Positions 39,919-50,263 of a DNA stretch of 64,000 nt are shown one piece after another. The notes under the pieces are model-generated. The model saw only the letters and a program-made list of their open reading frames with translations, was not told the DNA's origin and ran no database searches. The position numbers were made by a program, and so were the translations under genes. Every line of letters begins with the position of its first letter. Within the stretch, counting starts at the first letter, position 1. This stretch comes from Leptospira sp. (lineage in GTDB: Bacteria; Spirochaetota; Leptospiria; Leptospirales; Leptospiraceae): positions 83,108 to 147,107 of the forward strand of contig JAWXAQ010000005.1 of assembly GCA_034439575.1 (NCBI GenBank), given 5' to 3'.

Positions 39919-41643
39919 ATGCCTCCAACTACAGATACTCAGATCGCTGAAATCACACCCCAAAAGTATACTGTTGTCAATGCGGCACGTTTGCTTATCA
40001 TCGTACTTGCGTCACTCGTATCTTTTCAATATGATTTTCTTTTTTTCCAAAATGCCTGCCTCGCCTTTGTAGTATTTTCCATGTTATGGTTTCTTGCCGA
40101 TGAAAAGGGATGGGTATCGCAGAATAAATATCCAATGATTGTCTTTATCCCAACTTTTTTAGATTTGATCATCATTTCTATTTTTTTGTATTTTACAGGT
40201 ACTTATTATTCCTTGGGTATTGCGGGATATATATACGCAACCGTTGTTTGTTCTTTGAATTTGAAAGTGCAACAAGGACTATTTTCTGTCATCCTATCGA
40301 TCTCATTCTATAGTGGATTATCTCTATTAGTATATTCGAATATTTTACCACATATCAATATTTTTGGTGAAGAATTTTATCTTAAGCCTGCTGGCCTACT
40401 CACCAATATTTTAATTTTTGCGATCATCACTATTGCACTTCATCTAATTGTCAAAAATCTTTCTTTAGAAAATCAAAGGCTACTACTACAAAAAGATGAA
40501 GAGAAAGCAAAAGCAGAGATAGCGAATCAAGTGAAGTCCCTGTTTCTTGCGAATATGAGTCATGAAATTCGCACACCAATGAATGGTATATTAGGAATGG
40601 CTGGACTTCTAAAGGATTCAACAATGAATTCTGAACAAAATGAATACTTGGATTCGATTTTAACTAGTGGTAATGCATTATTAGAGATCATCAATGATAT
40701 ATTAGATTTTTCTAAAATAGAATCTGGTAAAATGGAACTCGAATATCTCTCATTTCCAATACGCAACTTTCAACGTGAACTAACAAGTCTGTTCTTGCAT
40801 AAAATTCAAGAAAAGAATATCTCCCTCACTTTCCATTTCGACGAAGCAATTCCAGATAGAGTAATCATTGATCCAACTCGTTTGCGTCAGGTGCTAATTA
40901 ATCTCATTGGAAATTCGATTAAGTTTACTAAAATAGAAGGGAAAGTTGTGGTTTATGTTTCATTGATTCAGGAAAATCCGATCAAGATATTGTTCCGAAT
41001 TTGGGACAATGGCATAGGAATTCCTAGGGACATGATCTCCAAATTGTTCTCGCCTTTTGAGCAATTAGATCTATCCAAAACTCGTAACTTTGGTGGGACA
41101 GGTCTTGGCCTTGCGATTTCGAAACGACTTATTGAACTTATGAACGGTGAAATTAAAGTCTATAGTATTGAAGGTCAGGAAACTGAATTTTCCTTTTTCA
41201 TTTTTACTGATACTGCCGATGATGATCAGATTCAACATTACAAATTAGATCAACCCGTTAATATAGAATATAAAATTAATCCTGCATTGAGAATACTTGT
41301 TGTGGATGATAATCTCATCAACCAAAAGCTGGCAGTTAAACTAATTTCAAGAATGGGGATTAAGGTAGACCAAGCTTTCCAAGGCCAAGAAGCTATCGAT
41401 AAAGTAAAAACATCAACTTATGACATTATCTTTATGGACATGCAAATGCCCTTAGTAGATGGAATTACTGCCACAAAAGAAATTTTCAAACTAAATTTAA
41501 TTAGACCACCTAAGATTGTTGCTATGACTGCCAATGCATTCCCAGAAGACATTGAATTGTGTCTACGGGCCGGCATGTCTGATTTTCTCTCAAAACCTCT
41601 TGATCGAGATAAACTATATGCAATTATGGAAAGCGTATCCTAA
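39919..41643 (+). CDS. Membrane hybrid sensor histidine kinase (HisKA-HATPase-REC)
   Basis: '[18 protein letters not shown]', '[10 protein letters not shown]', '[10 protein letters not shown]', REC 'IFMDMQMP...MTANA...SKP'. Confidence 0.95.
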   Translation: MPPTTDTQIAEITPQKYTVVNAARLLIIVLASLVSFQYDFLFFQNACLAFVVFSMLWFLADEKGWVSQNKYPMIVFIPTFLDLIIISIFLYFTGTYYSLGIAGYIYATVVCSLNLKVQQGLFSVILSISFYSGLSLLVYSNILPHINIFGEEFYLKPAGLLTNILIFAIITIALHLIVKNLSLENQRLLLQKDEEKAKAEIANQVKSLFLANMSHEIRTPMNGILGMAGLLKDSTMNSEQNEYLDSILTSGNALLEIINDILDFSKIESGKMELEYLSFPIRNFQRELTSLFLHKIQEKNISLTFHFDEAIPDRVIIDPTRLRQVLINLIGNSIKFTKIEGKVVVYVSLIQENPIKILFRIWDNGIGIPRDMISKLFSPFEQLDLSKTRNFGGTGLGLAISKRLIELMNGEIKVYSIEGQETEFSFFIFTDTADDDQIQHYKLDQPVNIEYKINPALRILVVDDNLINQKLAVKLISRMGIKVDQAFQGQEAIDKVKTSTYDIIFMDMQMPLVDGITATKEIFKLNLIRPPKIVAMTANAFPEDIELCLRAGMSDFLSKPLDRDKLYAIMESVS

Positions 41644-42284
41644 ACGTTAGAAATAATAACATTATATTACCCCCACCTCGTATTCTATCAAATAAAAAGC
41701 AAAATGATTATTTAACTAACTCCATTGCAAATCTTTTTCCATGATTTCAAAGAATAAAACTCAATTCTTTGGAAATACTCAAAATAGAATTACAAAAAGT
41801 CCGAAATATAAACTTATTTAGATTCATAGTTTATATGGAATTTTTAATGATCAATACCATGCCACCGAAATTTTTCGGTATACTGTTTCTAGAAGCCTTA
41901 TATAGAAAACTTTTTCTAGAGAAAAGCGCTTCCATTTTTCACATAACATACTTCATAACCAAAGAGAAAATATAACAAAGACAAACGACACCCATTAATG
42001 AATATCCGTTCCCTAAGATATACTTTCTACCCTACAAAAAAAAGAAAAGAAAATTCGATTTGATAGATATAAATTGCTAATAAATCTTCATTAGATGATA
42101 TTGATAATTTATCAAACGTTTGAGGGCACCCTTTTTTAAAGTTAAAACATAATCTTGGAAAAACTAGAATATTTCACTTAATTTTTAAAAATAATAAATT
42201 TGTTGTCAGAATTATTTTCAAAGATTATATTATGATAGATTTATATTAAATTATTTTAAAACTAAAACTTTGGTTATCTAGCAT

Positions 42285-43823
42285 ATGACGACAACAACGA
42301 AAAACAGAAAAATTTTATTAGTCGAAGACGAAGCAATTATTGCTCTAGCTACTAAAAAAGCACTAGAGCAATTTTATTATGATGTTATAACCGCATCATC
42401 ACCTGAATCAGCTATCAAATTTATTAAAGAAGAACTTTTTTTTGACTTAGTGTTAATGGATTTAGACTTAAATCATGAAATCGACGGAATTCAACTTGCT
42501 CAAAACATATTAAGCATTTTTGAAATTCCAATCGTATTCTTATCAAGCCATAACTCTCAAAAATTCATTGAAAAAACGGAACGAGTGACATCTTACGGTT
42601 TTATTGTTAAAACATCCAGTATAACAGTCGTCGACACCTCAATCAAAATGGCACTCAGACTATTTGAAGCAAAAAAATTCTTAGCGAGTGAATTAGAAAG
42701 TCATAAACTCACCACCAAGGCTTTGATAGAAAAGGAAGATAACTTAGCTACAACTCTCAATTCAATCGGCGATGCGGTTATTGTAACAGATATTAGAGGA
42801 AATATCACCAGGCTGAATCCTGCCGCAACACGGCTAACCGGATGGAATGTATCCGAGGCAGTCGGAAAACATATTGATGAAGTGTTTGTCATCTTTAATG
42901 TTTATTCGAAACAGGTGGTGACCAATCCAGTTAATATGGTTTTAGAGAGGGGGGAAATTGTTGGTTTGGCAAATCATACAACACTTCGTTCCAAAGATGG
43001 AATTGAATACCAAATCTCTGACATTGCCTCACCGATACGAGAATCAAATGGAAATTTGCGCGGAGCTGTGTTGGTCTTTAGTGATATTACAGAAAAATAC
43101 CGACAAGAGGAAGCAATTAGATTTAATGAAAACTTACTTTCTGAATCTCAGAGAATTGCTAAAATTGGAAGTTGGTCTTATAATGCATACTCGAACGAAC
43201 TAAAATGGTCCCAGGAAACATATAATATCTATGGGGTTAAAGATACTGATTTTCAAGTTACAATCGAAAATTTTCTCGCATTTGTTCATCCTGAAGATCT
43301 CACACGTGTTATTGAAAGTGGAAAACGAATTGAAGAAGGATACATGGACGGAGGTTATACCGACTTCCGTATTAAATTAAAATCTGGAGAAACTCGTTAT
43401 CTTCGTGGACATTCAGAAAAACTTCCTGCAACAGCTTATAGTCAAGAGCAGATGATTGGTACTGTACAAGATATAACGGACCAAACATTGGAAACTGAAA
43501 GATATAAATTTCTCTTTGGAATCACCTCCGATGCTGTTTTTGTCTCAGATTCAAATTTCATTGTTATTGATGTGAATCCCAGCTTTAATAAACTTATGGG
43601 ATACACAAAAGATGAGATTATAGGCAAGTCCTTATTGATCTTTATTTTTGATAGCGATGCCCACAAGGTAAACCAAAGGAGATTCCAAGAAGCACAAGAA
43701 CTGGGTAAAGTGGAATCGCAATGGAATTTTAAGACAAAAAATGGAGATGCTATTCAAGTGGATGTCATTTCGTATGCCATTTCAAAAAATAGCAGACTGG
43801 CAATCTTCAAAAAAGTAATTTAA
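42285..43823 (+). CDS. Receiver domain plus three PAS domains, no output domain
   Basis: REC 'ILLVEDE...LVLMDLDL'; PAS 'SIGDAVIVTD', 'IGSWSY...VHPED', 'DAVFVSD...VNPSF'. Confidence 0.85.
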   Translation: MTTTTKNRKILLVEDEAIIALATKKALEQFYYDVITASSPESAIKFIKEELFFDLVLMDLDLNHEIDGIQLAQNILSIFEIPIVFLSSHNSQKFIEKTERVTSYGFIVKTSSITVVDTSIKMALRLFEAKKFLASELESHKLTTKALIEKEDNLATTLNSIGDAVIVTDIRGNITRLNPAATRLTGWNVSEAVGKHIDEVFVIFNVYSKQVVTNPVNMVLERGEIVGLANHTTLRSKDGIEYQISDIASPIRESNGNLRGAVLVFSDITEKYRQEEAIRFNENLLSESQRIAKIGSWSYNAYSNELKWSQETYNIYGVKDTDFQVTIENFLAFVHPEDLTRVIESGKRIEEGYMDGGYTDFRIKLKSGETRYLRGHSEKLPATAYSQEQMIGTVQDITDQTLETERYKFLFGITSDAVFVSDSNFIVIDVNPSFNKLMGYTKDEIIGKSLLIFIFDSDAHKVNQRRFQEAQELGKVESQWNFKTKNGDAIQVDVISYAISKNSRLAIFKKVI

Positions 43824-43835
43824 TTCAAGCAAACC

Positions 43836-45122
43836 ATGAGCAATTTTTTCACTTACAACTAAAGGAAATATCCAAACCTATTCTTTGATACTCATCCATT
43901 GCAAGTATTTTGATTTTAACATTTGGATTCATTATTTTGGCTACTTTTCATCGTTCCTTTTCTTATGAGAATGCAGATAAAAGCATACAAATCGGAGCTC
44001 GTGTAACCTATGCAATATCTTATCTAAAGGAAAAATATACGGACAATAGAAAAGCATAATTGGCAGAATCATCATAACATAACATCGTTAAGCTATAATA
44101 TAGGTAAATATGAGAATCGATTCGATCGAGATTTAAATTATTTATTATCCCCCAATCCATTCAATGGCAAAAGAAGATGCCGAGGCGATTCAGACAAAAT
44201 ACACTCTATCAATTTTCAGATTCCACAACCATTGATACCGTATAACATATATTTGGCTGGCATATCGGTTTGTTCCAATCTAACTGTTGACGATATCATG
44301 AAATTTAGCAAAAAGAAAAACTCTCCAATTTATACTCCAAATACAGATTCCGATCCAATGGATAGATTCAGTGCTATCCAAGATATTGAAAATCAATATA
44401 TAAAATTTTATTATTCAGAAAAAAAATTGAAATATATAATTTTGTATAATGATCCGTTCCATTCATTTAAATCTGATTATGCGATAAATGCGATTTTAAT
44501 TCCAGAAACATACAATAGAGCAGAAAAAATAAAGAATTCTGAGTTTATTATAAAGAAAAATACAAAAAGTTATTTAGATTTGAAAGAAGCAAGAGTAAAA
44601 GAACAATTTCTTGGTGGAGAAGTCATCGAATCCAATTTCAAAATCACAGAAGGAACTAAAGAATATCATTTTTTTCGAGGATGGATTTCTAAGGACAACT
44701 TAATTCCGTTAAATGAATTGGAAAACCAGATTAGTAATATGAGTTAAAAAATTAATCCATCAGATTATAATGCTAACAATCCAATGGATTTTATTATGCC
44801 AGCAAGTGTTAATTTTAATGAAAATAATTTTCCTTATTTCAATAAAATTCTGAAGCAATCGGAACATTCTGAAGCATTGTGTAAAGATGGTAAATTAAAT
44901 GGTACTCAGTATAATTTTCCAATCAAATATCGATTCATAATGAAATTATATTTAGATGCAACGGAAATAATAGACTTTGATTCCAACCACAAACCAGAAT
45001 TAGTTTTTCTAGAATCCCAACTTTACAATCAAATTAATAATATGCAAAAGCCAAATTATGCAGAACCAATTTTAAATCTAAAAGAAAGAAATGGACTAAA
45101 AAATTGCGAAACCATAAACTAA
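43836..45122 (+). pseudogene. Fragmented gene (includes ORFs 44232-44747 and 44784-45122) upstream of alpha-2-macroglobulin
   Basis: TM-like segment near 43890-43950 in one frame; a long open frame from ~44028 to 44747 without a good start; the next frame opens at ~44737, overlapping the previous stop. Confidence 0.5.
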
Positions 45123-45144
45123 CCATATCGAAGTAGGATTATTC

Positions 45145-48100
45145 GTGCGATATAAACATTACATTATAGTTTCAACATCAATTATTTTTACCATTGGATT
45201 TATTACCTTTGCCATGACTTCGCAGTTGCTCCGAAAAGCCAAACGAAGTCTTTTTCCAAGTGATTGTCGGATTACTATAACTTTTGATACAAGTAGCTTA
45301 AAATACTATGAAGACCGATGGGATTATAATTTCCAAACTTCAGAGAAAGTTGAAATTAAAGAATTTGTGCGTGCCATTGAATTTTCACCAAATACTTCTT
45401 TTAATAATTACTATTCCCTCGAAAATAATTCATCCTATTCAAGTTTTAGTTTGAACCAATGGGAAATCCAACCTGAGACAAATTATAACATCAAAGTTGG
45501 CAAATTTTATTCTGAAAACGATTGCATTTATGATGCGAGTCAGACTTTCTCAATTCCTGCACTTCAAAGGAAACCGAATTTTTGGGCGGAAAGAGAAAGT
45601 GTATTTGAATCCAATCTCACAAAAGTATTGCCAATAAGTATATCAAATGTTAAAGAATTCAAAGTTCGATATTCATTAATTAATGCATCAAATGTCGTTC
45701 AAGCAGTTGGTCAATTAGGGAATAAATATTATACTTATAACAATGGTATTAATTGGAAGAACGCCAAATGGAAAACAGGCGAAAAGGCAAATAACAGGGG
45801 TGAACAAGGTATTGATTTAGACTCTTACTTCGGTGGTTCGCAGAAAAAAGGATTCCTTGCACTTGAACTAAGTGCAGATGTAATTGATGATAATAACAAA
45901 CAAGTATTAAAGGTTGAGAGTTTCATTCTTCAATCAACTAACTTAGGAATTACGGCAAAAAAAGATAATAAATCTATTCATGTTTGGGTAAATACTCTAA
46001 ATAAAGCTCAACCAGTTAATTCATCTTCGATTAGCCTCTTTCATAGAGGGGAACAAATGGGTAACTGCAAAACAGAGAAAGATGGCCATTGTGTTATACA
46101 ATTTTCAGGAAGCATAGAACCTAATAGATCAATTCTTGTAGCTGATGCAGAAGGAACTGATTCAGCATTTCTTTATTTAGGTGAATCTGAATTATATTCT
46201 TATGATTATGATTCCAATACCGCTTTAGTCCAAGGGAAAATTTACTTCGATAGAAAACTTTATCGTCCAGGAGATAAAGTGGAAGTAAAGGCATTTATAG
46301 GTGAAAAGAAAAATGGTCATTTTTCTTCCTTTGAAAGTAAAAGTGTGCAAGTTGCGGTTCGTGATTCAAAAGGTAAGGAAGTATATTCTAAATCTATAAT
46401 ATCCTCATATCAAGGAGGGGTAGCTTTTACTTATCCAATTTCCAAGGATTCTCCTCTTGGGCATTATACCGTATCATTGACATCCCCAGGTGCAACGTAT
46501 CAATTTTCCTCTGACACATTTCAAGTTGAAGAATTTAGACCAGTAAATTTTGCCGTTGATGTTGAAGTTCCGAAACAATTATCAAAAAAGGATAAATTAA
46601 AAGCAAAAATTATCGGAAAATACCTGTTTGGTGCGCCTATGACTGGTGCAAAAGTAAAATATTCTATTTTAAAAAAACAGAAGTCAATATATTTTCAAGA
46701 TCATTCTGATTATTCATTTGGTAATAGCTTTTATTATGATGACTATTATCAGGACAACACGGAAGATTCATCCGGATATTTGAGTGGCGAAGAATCGGAG
46801 TTAAACGCCAAAGGAGAATATTTAGTAGATACAAAAATAGAAAATATTGAATCTAAATTCACTACTTCAGATTCAGACATCTCTATTGTGGATCCATATA
46901 CTTTGCTATTAGAAGCATCAGTACTTGATATAGATGGAAAATCTGTGACAAAAACTGAATCTGTTTCTTATTTACCTTCCGATTCATTTGTCGGTCTTAA
47001 ATGTCAAGATCGTTATCAAGGAATGGAACAGCCATTTAAATTTGGAATTCTAACTGTTGATAAAGACGGCAAAGCAGTCACTGGAAAAGACTTAAAAGTT
47101 CATGTCATTTACAATGACTGGAGCTCTGTCTTATCAAAAGGAATTGGAAAATTACTCTTCAGATCCAACTCTCTGGAAAAAAAGATAGTAGAAACAAAAA
47201 AAATAGTATCAGGTACAAATTCCAATTTCGAATTCAAAGCCAAAGATTCTGGAAGTTATACATTAGTTGTGACAAATTCAGATGGAATGTATTCTCGCAT
47301 TGATTTTTATGCATATAAAAAAGAAACTTATTATGCATGGGATTTTCGTAGTGATGATTCTATCGAATTAAAATCCGATAAAAAAGATTATAAAATCGGT
47401 GATACTGCAAAAATCTTAATTAAATCCCCGTTAGCGGATGCAAGACTTCTTGTCGCTGTCGAAAGAGATGAAATCTATGAAACATATACTTACCAATTAA
47501 AAGGAAATAGTTTACCTTTAGAAATTCCTATCAAAGGAGAATACTTACCCAATGTAACAGTCAGTGTCGTATTATTAAGCGGACGCCAAAGTTTACCCAA
47601 AGACTCCTCTGAATCAGATGCAACCGAATTTAAAGATAATGATCTTGGAGCACCTAAGTCAAAATCAGGGAAAATTGTATTGAAAGTTGATACTTCAAGT
47701 AAAATTGCACCTTTGACTATCAAGACAGATAAAGAAGAATATGGACCACGAGATTTAGTTAAATTAACCATCAAAACTCATCCAGGATCAGAAGTTGCTG
47801 TGTCAGTTGCTGATAGAGGGGTTTTAGATTTAGTCGGATACAGATTTACGAATCCAGTTTCAACATTCTATAATCTTTGGGCCAATATTGTAAAAACATA
47901 TGAAATGAGAAATCTTATCATTAAACATTACGCCTATCAAAACAAAGGTGATAGTCCAGGTGGTGATTATGGCGATGAGGGCGGTGGAGGATTTGGTTTT
48001 GATTCGGAAGATGGAACTCGCAAAGATTTCCGTTATACGGCCTTTTGGAATCCAGCTTTAATAGCTGATAGCGTTGGAGAAGTAGAAATACAATTCAACT

Positions 48101-50262
48101 TGCCTGATAATTTAACTACATTTCGGATTATGGTCGCTTCCTCATATAACGGAACATATGGGGTAGAAAACAAAGAGTTTCGTGTAAAAAAAAGTTTGGT
48201 TTTACAAAAAATAGCATCACGATTCGTTAGGATCGGCGACGAACTAGAACTAGGTGTTTCGGCTACAAATAACACAAAGAAAAATTCAAAGTTTAAAATT
48301 AATGTCAAATCTGATTTTTTGGTTTCTAGTACTACTAATACGGATACGATAGATCTAAACGCGGGACAAACCAAAGAATATACGAAAAAAGTTAAATTAT
48401 CTAAGGAACAATATATTAAACTTCGTGAAAAACAGTCGGATGGAGAAATTTCTGTAGACTATATTGTTAACGCAGAACCTCTGTCTTACGCTGATTTTTC
48501 AGATCTCAAAAAAAATGATATTTCCGATTCTCTTAAAGTTAGTATTCCAATTAAAGAATTAGATATGGTCTCTGTTGCGAAGGCTTCAGGATTTACTGAT
48601 TCTAATTACAAATATCTAGTCAAATTTCCTTCGGCAGATCAAATTTTAGGAAATAGAGGACAAATTCGCACGAGTCTTTCAGCTACAGCTTTACAAGGTT
48701 TACGAAATGCTTTTGATTTTTATGAATCAAATCCATATTTTTGTATGGAACAGCGAACATCCGCTTACTTACTTTCCATTAGTTCCGGCTCATTACTCAA
48801 AGATTTTAAATACGCACCGCCAAACAAAGATTCATATGATTTTGCGAATATTGAAAAACTTTTTCTAGATGAGATGAACGATTTTCAATATGCGGATGGA
48901 AGTTTTGGACTATGGAAAGAAAAATATGGAAGATCGGGTTATCCATATCTTACAGCTTATGTATTAGAAACTATGCAATTAGCAAAAGAAAGAAACCTTC
49001 GTATAAATAATTCGGTTATAGCACCTGCGATTCGTTATCTGGAAGATTATATAAAAAATCCATCTGATTCGAAAGATGAATCCTGGCAAAATTTGGCTAA
49101 GATATATAGTGTTTTAGTTAAAGAAAAGCGAAATACCTCTTCACTAGAAAAATCTTTATCTGATAATTTCCAAGATCTTAACGCAAAGTCGCAAGGGACT
49201 TTTTTACTTGCACTGGCCGAGGCTAAAGGTATCTCATCTAAAAATTCAGATCCATCTTTTAAAAAGATGTACGATCAATATGCTAAGAAATTTATTTGGG
49301 AAAATGATCAAACGATTAAAGTAATCCAAGAAAATGAAAACCGTTTTTGGTATTCTTATTATTCTCATGCATCAGCACTGGCCATCTATCTTAGATTACA
49401 GATAAAAGTCGACTCTGATAACAAAAAAATTCCTTCTTTAGTGCAGCTCCTGTTACTTGAAAAAGCTATATCTTATTGGAATGACAGCCATAGTGCAGGT
49501 ACTTTAGCATTTGCTTTGCGAGAGTATCATGATAAATTTGAAATTGGATCTACCGAAACTTCAGCCTCAGTTTTTTTTGGGGAATCGAATCTTTTTAACG
49601 GATCATTTGCCCAAGACTCAAATGCACTTACGACAGAAAATTTTTCATTGGATAGACTATTTGGGAAAAGACCACCTAGCAATACCGAAATGAAGTTTCA
49701 GAGAACAAGTGATGGCGGTAGACTTTACTTTAGTTCCAGTTTCAATTACGTGCCAATTGATGAATCATTAAAATCATATTCAAACGGTATTAAAATTGAA
49801 AAAACAGTCTCCAAAGTAGTTGGACGTTCTGATTCCGAGGAACCGATTTTAGAAGAAGTTAGCGGAAAACTAGACAGAGGTCAAACATACTATGTTAAAC
49901 TAACAATAGAATCTGATGATGATAGAGCATTTCTGATGGTAGTAGATCCAATTCCATCCAATACTGAAATTGTAAATACATCTTTTTTAACTGAAAAATC
50001 TTATAATGAAGAATCTGATGAAGGTTCATCTGACGGAGATTATTCTGATTACGATTATTATGACGGAAATTCATTTACTGAATTTCGTGATGATCGTGCT
50101 TTATTTTCAAAAGATCGGTTGCGAAAAGGAGAAACAGAATTCCACTATTATTTGCGTCCTTTAGTAAAAGGAGTTTCTTTACTACCTGCCGCCAAAGCCT
50201 TTCTTATGTATCAATCTTCATTTCGCACGAATAATGCTACTTCTCGCATGAAAGTGGAGTAA
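45145..50262 (+). CDS. Bacterial alpha-2-macroglobulin (YfhM-like)
   Basis: 'FDRKLYRPGD', 'FQVEEFRP', 'RKDFRYTAFWNP', 'LPDNLTTFRI'; thioester motif CMEQ at 48742-48753; 'EFRDDRA'. Confidence 0.93.
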   Translation: MRYKHYIIVSTSIIFTIGFITFAMTSQLLRKAKRSLFPSDCRITITFDTSSLKYYEDRWDYNFQTSEKVEIKEFVRAIEFSPNTSFNNYYSLENNSSYSSFSLNQWEIQPETNYNIKVGKFYSENDCIYDASQTFSIPALQRKPNFWAERESVFESNLTKVLPISISNVKEFKVRYSLINASNVVQAVGQLGNKYYTYNNGINWKNAKWKTGEKANNRGEQGIDLDSYFGGSQKKGFLALELSADVIDDNNKQVLKVESFILQSTNLGITAKKDNKSIHVWVNTLNKAQPVNSSSISLFHRGEQMGNCKTEKDGHCVIQFSGSIEPNRSILVADAEGTDSAFLYLGESELYSYDYDSNTALVQGKIYFDRKLYRPGDKVEVKAFIGEKKNGHFSSFESKSVQVAVRDSKGKEVYSKSIISSYQGGVAFTYPISKDSPLGHYTVSLTSPGATYQFSSDTFQVEEFRPVNFAVDVEVPKQLSKKDKLKAKIIGKYLFGAPMTGAKVKYSILKKQKSIYFQDHSDYSFGNSFYYDDYYQDNTEDSSGYLSGEESELNAKGEYLVDTKIENIESKFTTSDSDISIVDPYTLLLEASVLDIDGKSVTKTESVSYLPSDSFVGLKCQDRYQGMEQPFKFGILTVDKDGKAVTGKDLKVHVIYNDWSSVLSKGIGKLLFRSNSLEKKIVETKKIVSGTNSNFEFKAKDSGSYTLVVTNSDGMYSRIDFYAYKKETYYAWDFRSDDSIELKSDKKDYKIGDTAKILIKSPLADARLLVAVERDEIYETYTYQLKGNSLPLEIPIKGEYLPNVTVSVVLLSGRQSLPKDSSESDATEFKDNDLGAPKSKSGKIVLKVDTSSKIAPLTIKTDKEEYGPRDLVKLTIKTHPGSEVAVSVADRGVLDLVGYRFTNPVSTFYNLWANIVKTYEMRNLIIKHYAYQNKGDSPGGDYGDEGGGGFGFDSEDGTRKDFRYTAFWNPALIADSVGEVEIQFNLPDNLTTFRIMVASSYNGTYGVENKEFRVKKSLVLQKIASRFVRIGDELELGVSATNNTKKNSKFKINVKSDFLVSSTTNTDTIDLNAGQTKEYTKKVKLSKEQYIKLREKQSDGEISVDYIVNAEPLSYADFSDLKKNDISDSLKVSIPIKELDMVSVAKASGFTDSNYKYLVKFPSADQILGNRGQIRTSLSATALQGLRNAFDFYESNPYFCMEQRTSAYLLSISSGSLLKDFKYAPPNKDSYDFANIEKLFLDEMNDFQYADGSFGLWKEKYGRSGYPYLTAYVLETMQLAKERNLRINNSVIAPAIRYLEDYIKNPSDSKDESWQNLAKIYSVLVKEKRNTSSLEKSLSDNFQDLNAKSQGTFLLALAEAKGISSKNSDPSFKKMYDQYAKKFIWENDQTIKVIQENENRFWYSYYSHASALAIYLRLQIKVDSDNKKIPSLVQLLLLEKAISYWNDSHSAGTLAFALREYHDKFEIGSTETSASVFFGESNLFNGSFAQDSNALTTENFSLDRLFGKRPPSNTEMKFQRTSDGGRLYFSSSFNYVPIDESLKSYSNGIKIEKTVSKVVGRSDSEEPILEEVSGKLDRGQTYYVKLTIESDDDRAFLMVVDPIPSNTEIVNTSFLTEKSYNEESDEGSSDGDYSDYDYYDGNSFTEFRDDRALFSKDRLRKGETEFHYYLRPLVKGVSLLPAAKAFLMYQSSFRTNNATSRMKVE

Positions 50263-50263
50263 A

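Noticed and set aside
41769-41975. 68-aa ORF between the two signalling genes (and similar short ORFs at 56750, 62003, 62324)
   Set aside because: Short, with weak starts or RBS and no motifs; likely chance ORFs in AT-rich DNA.
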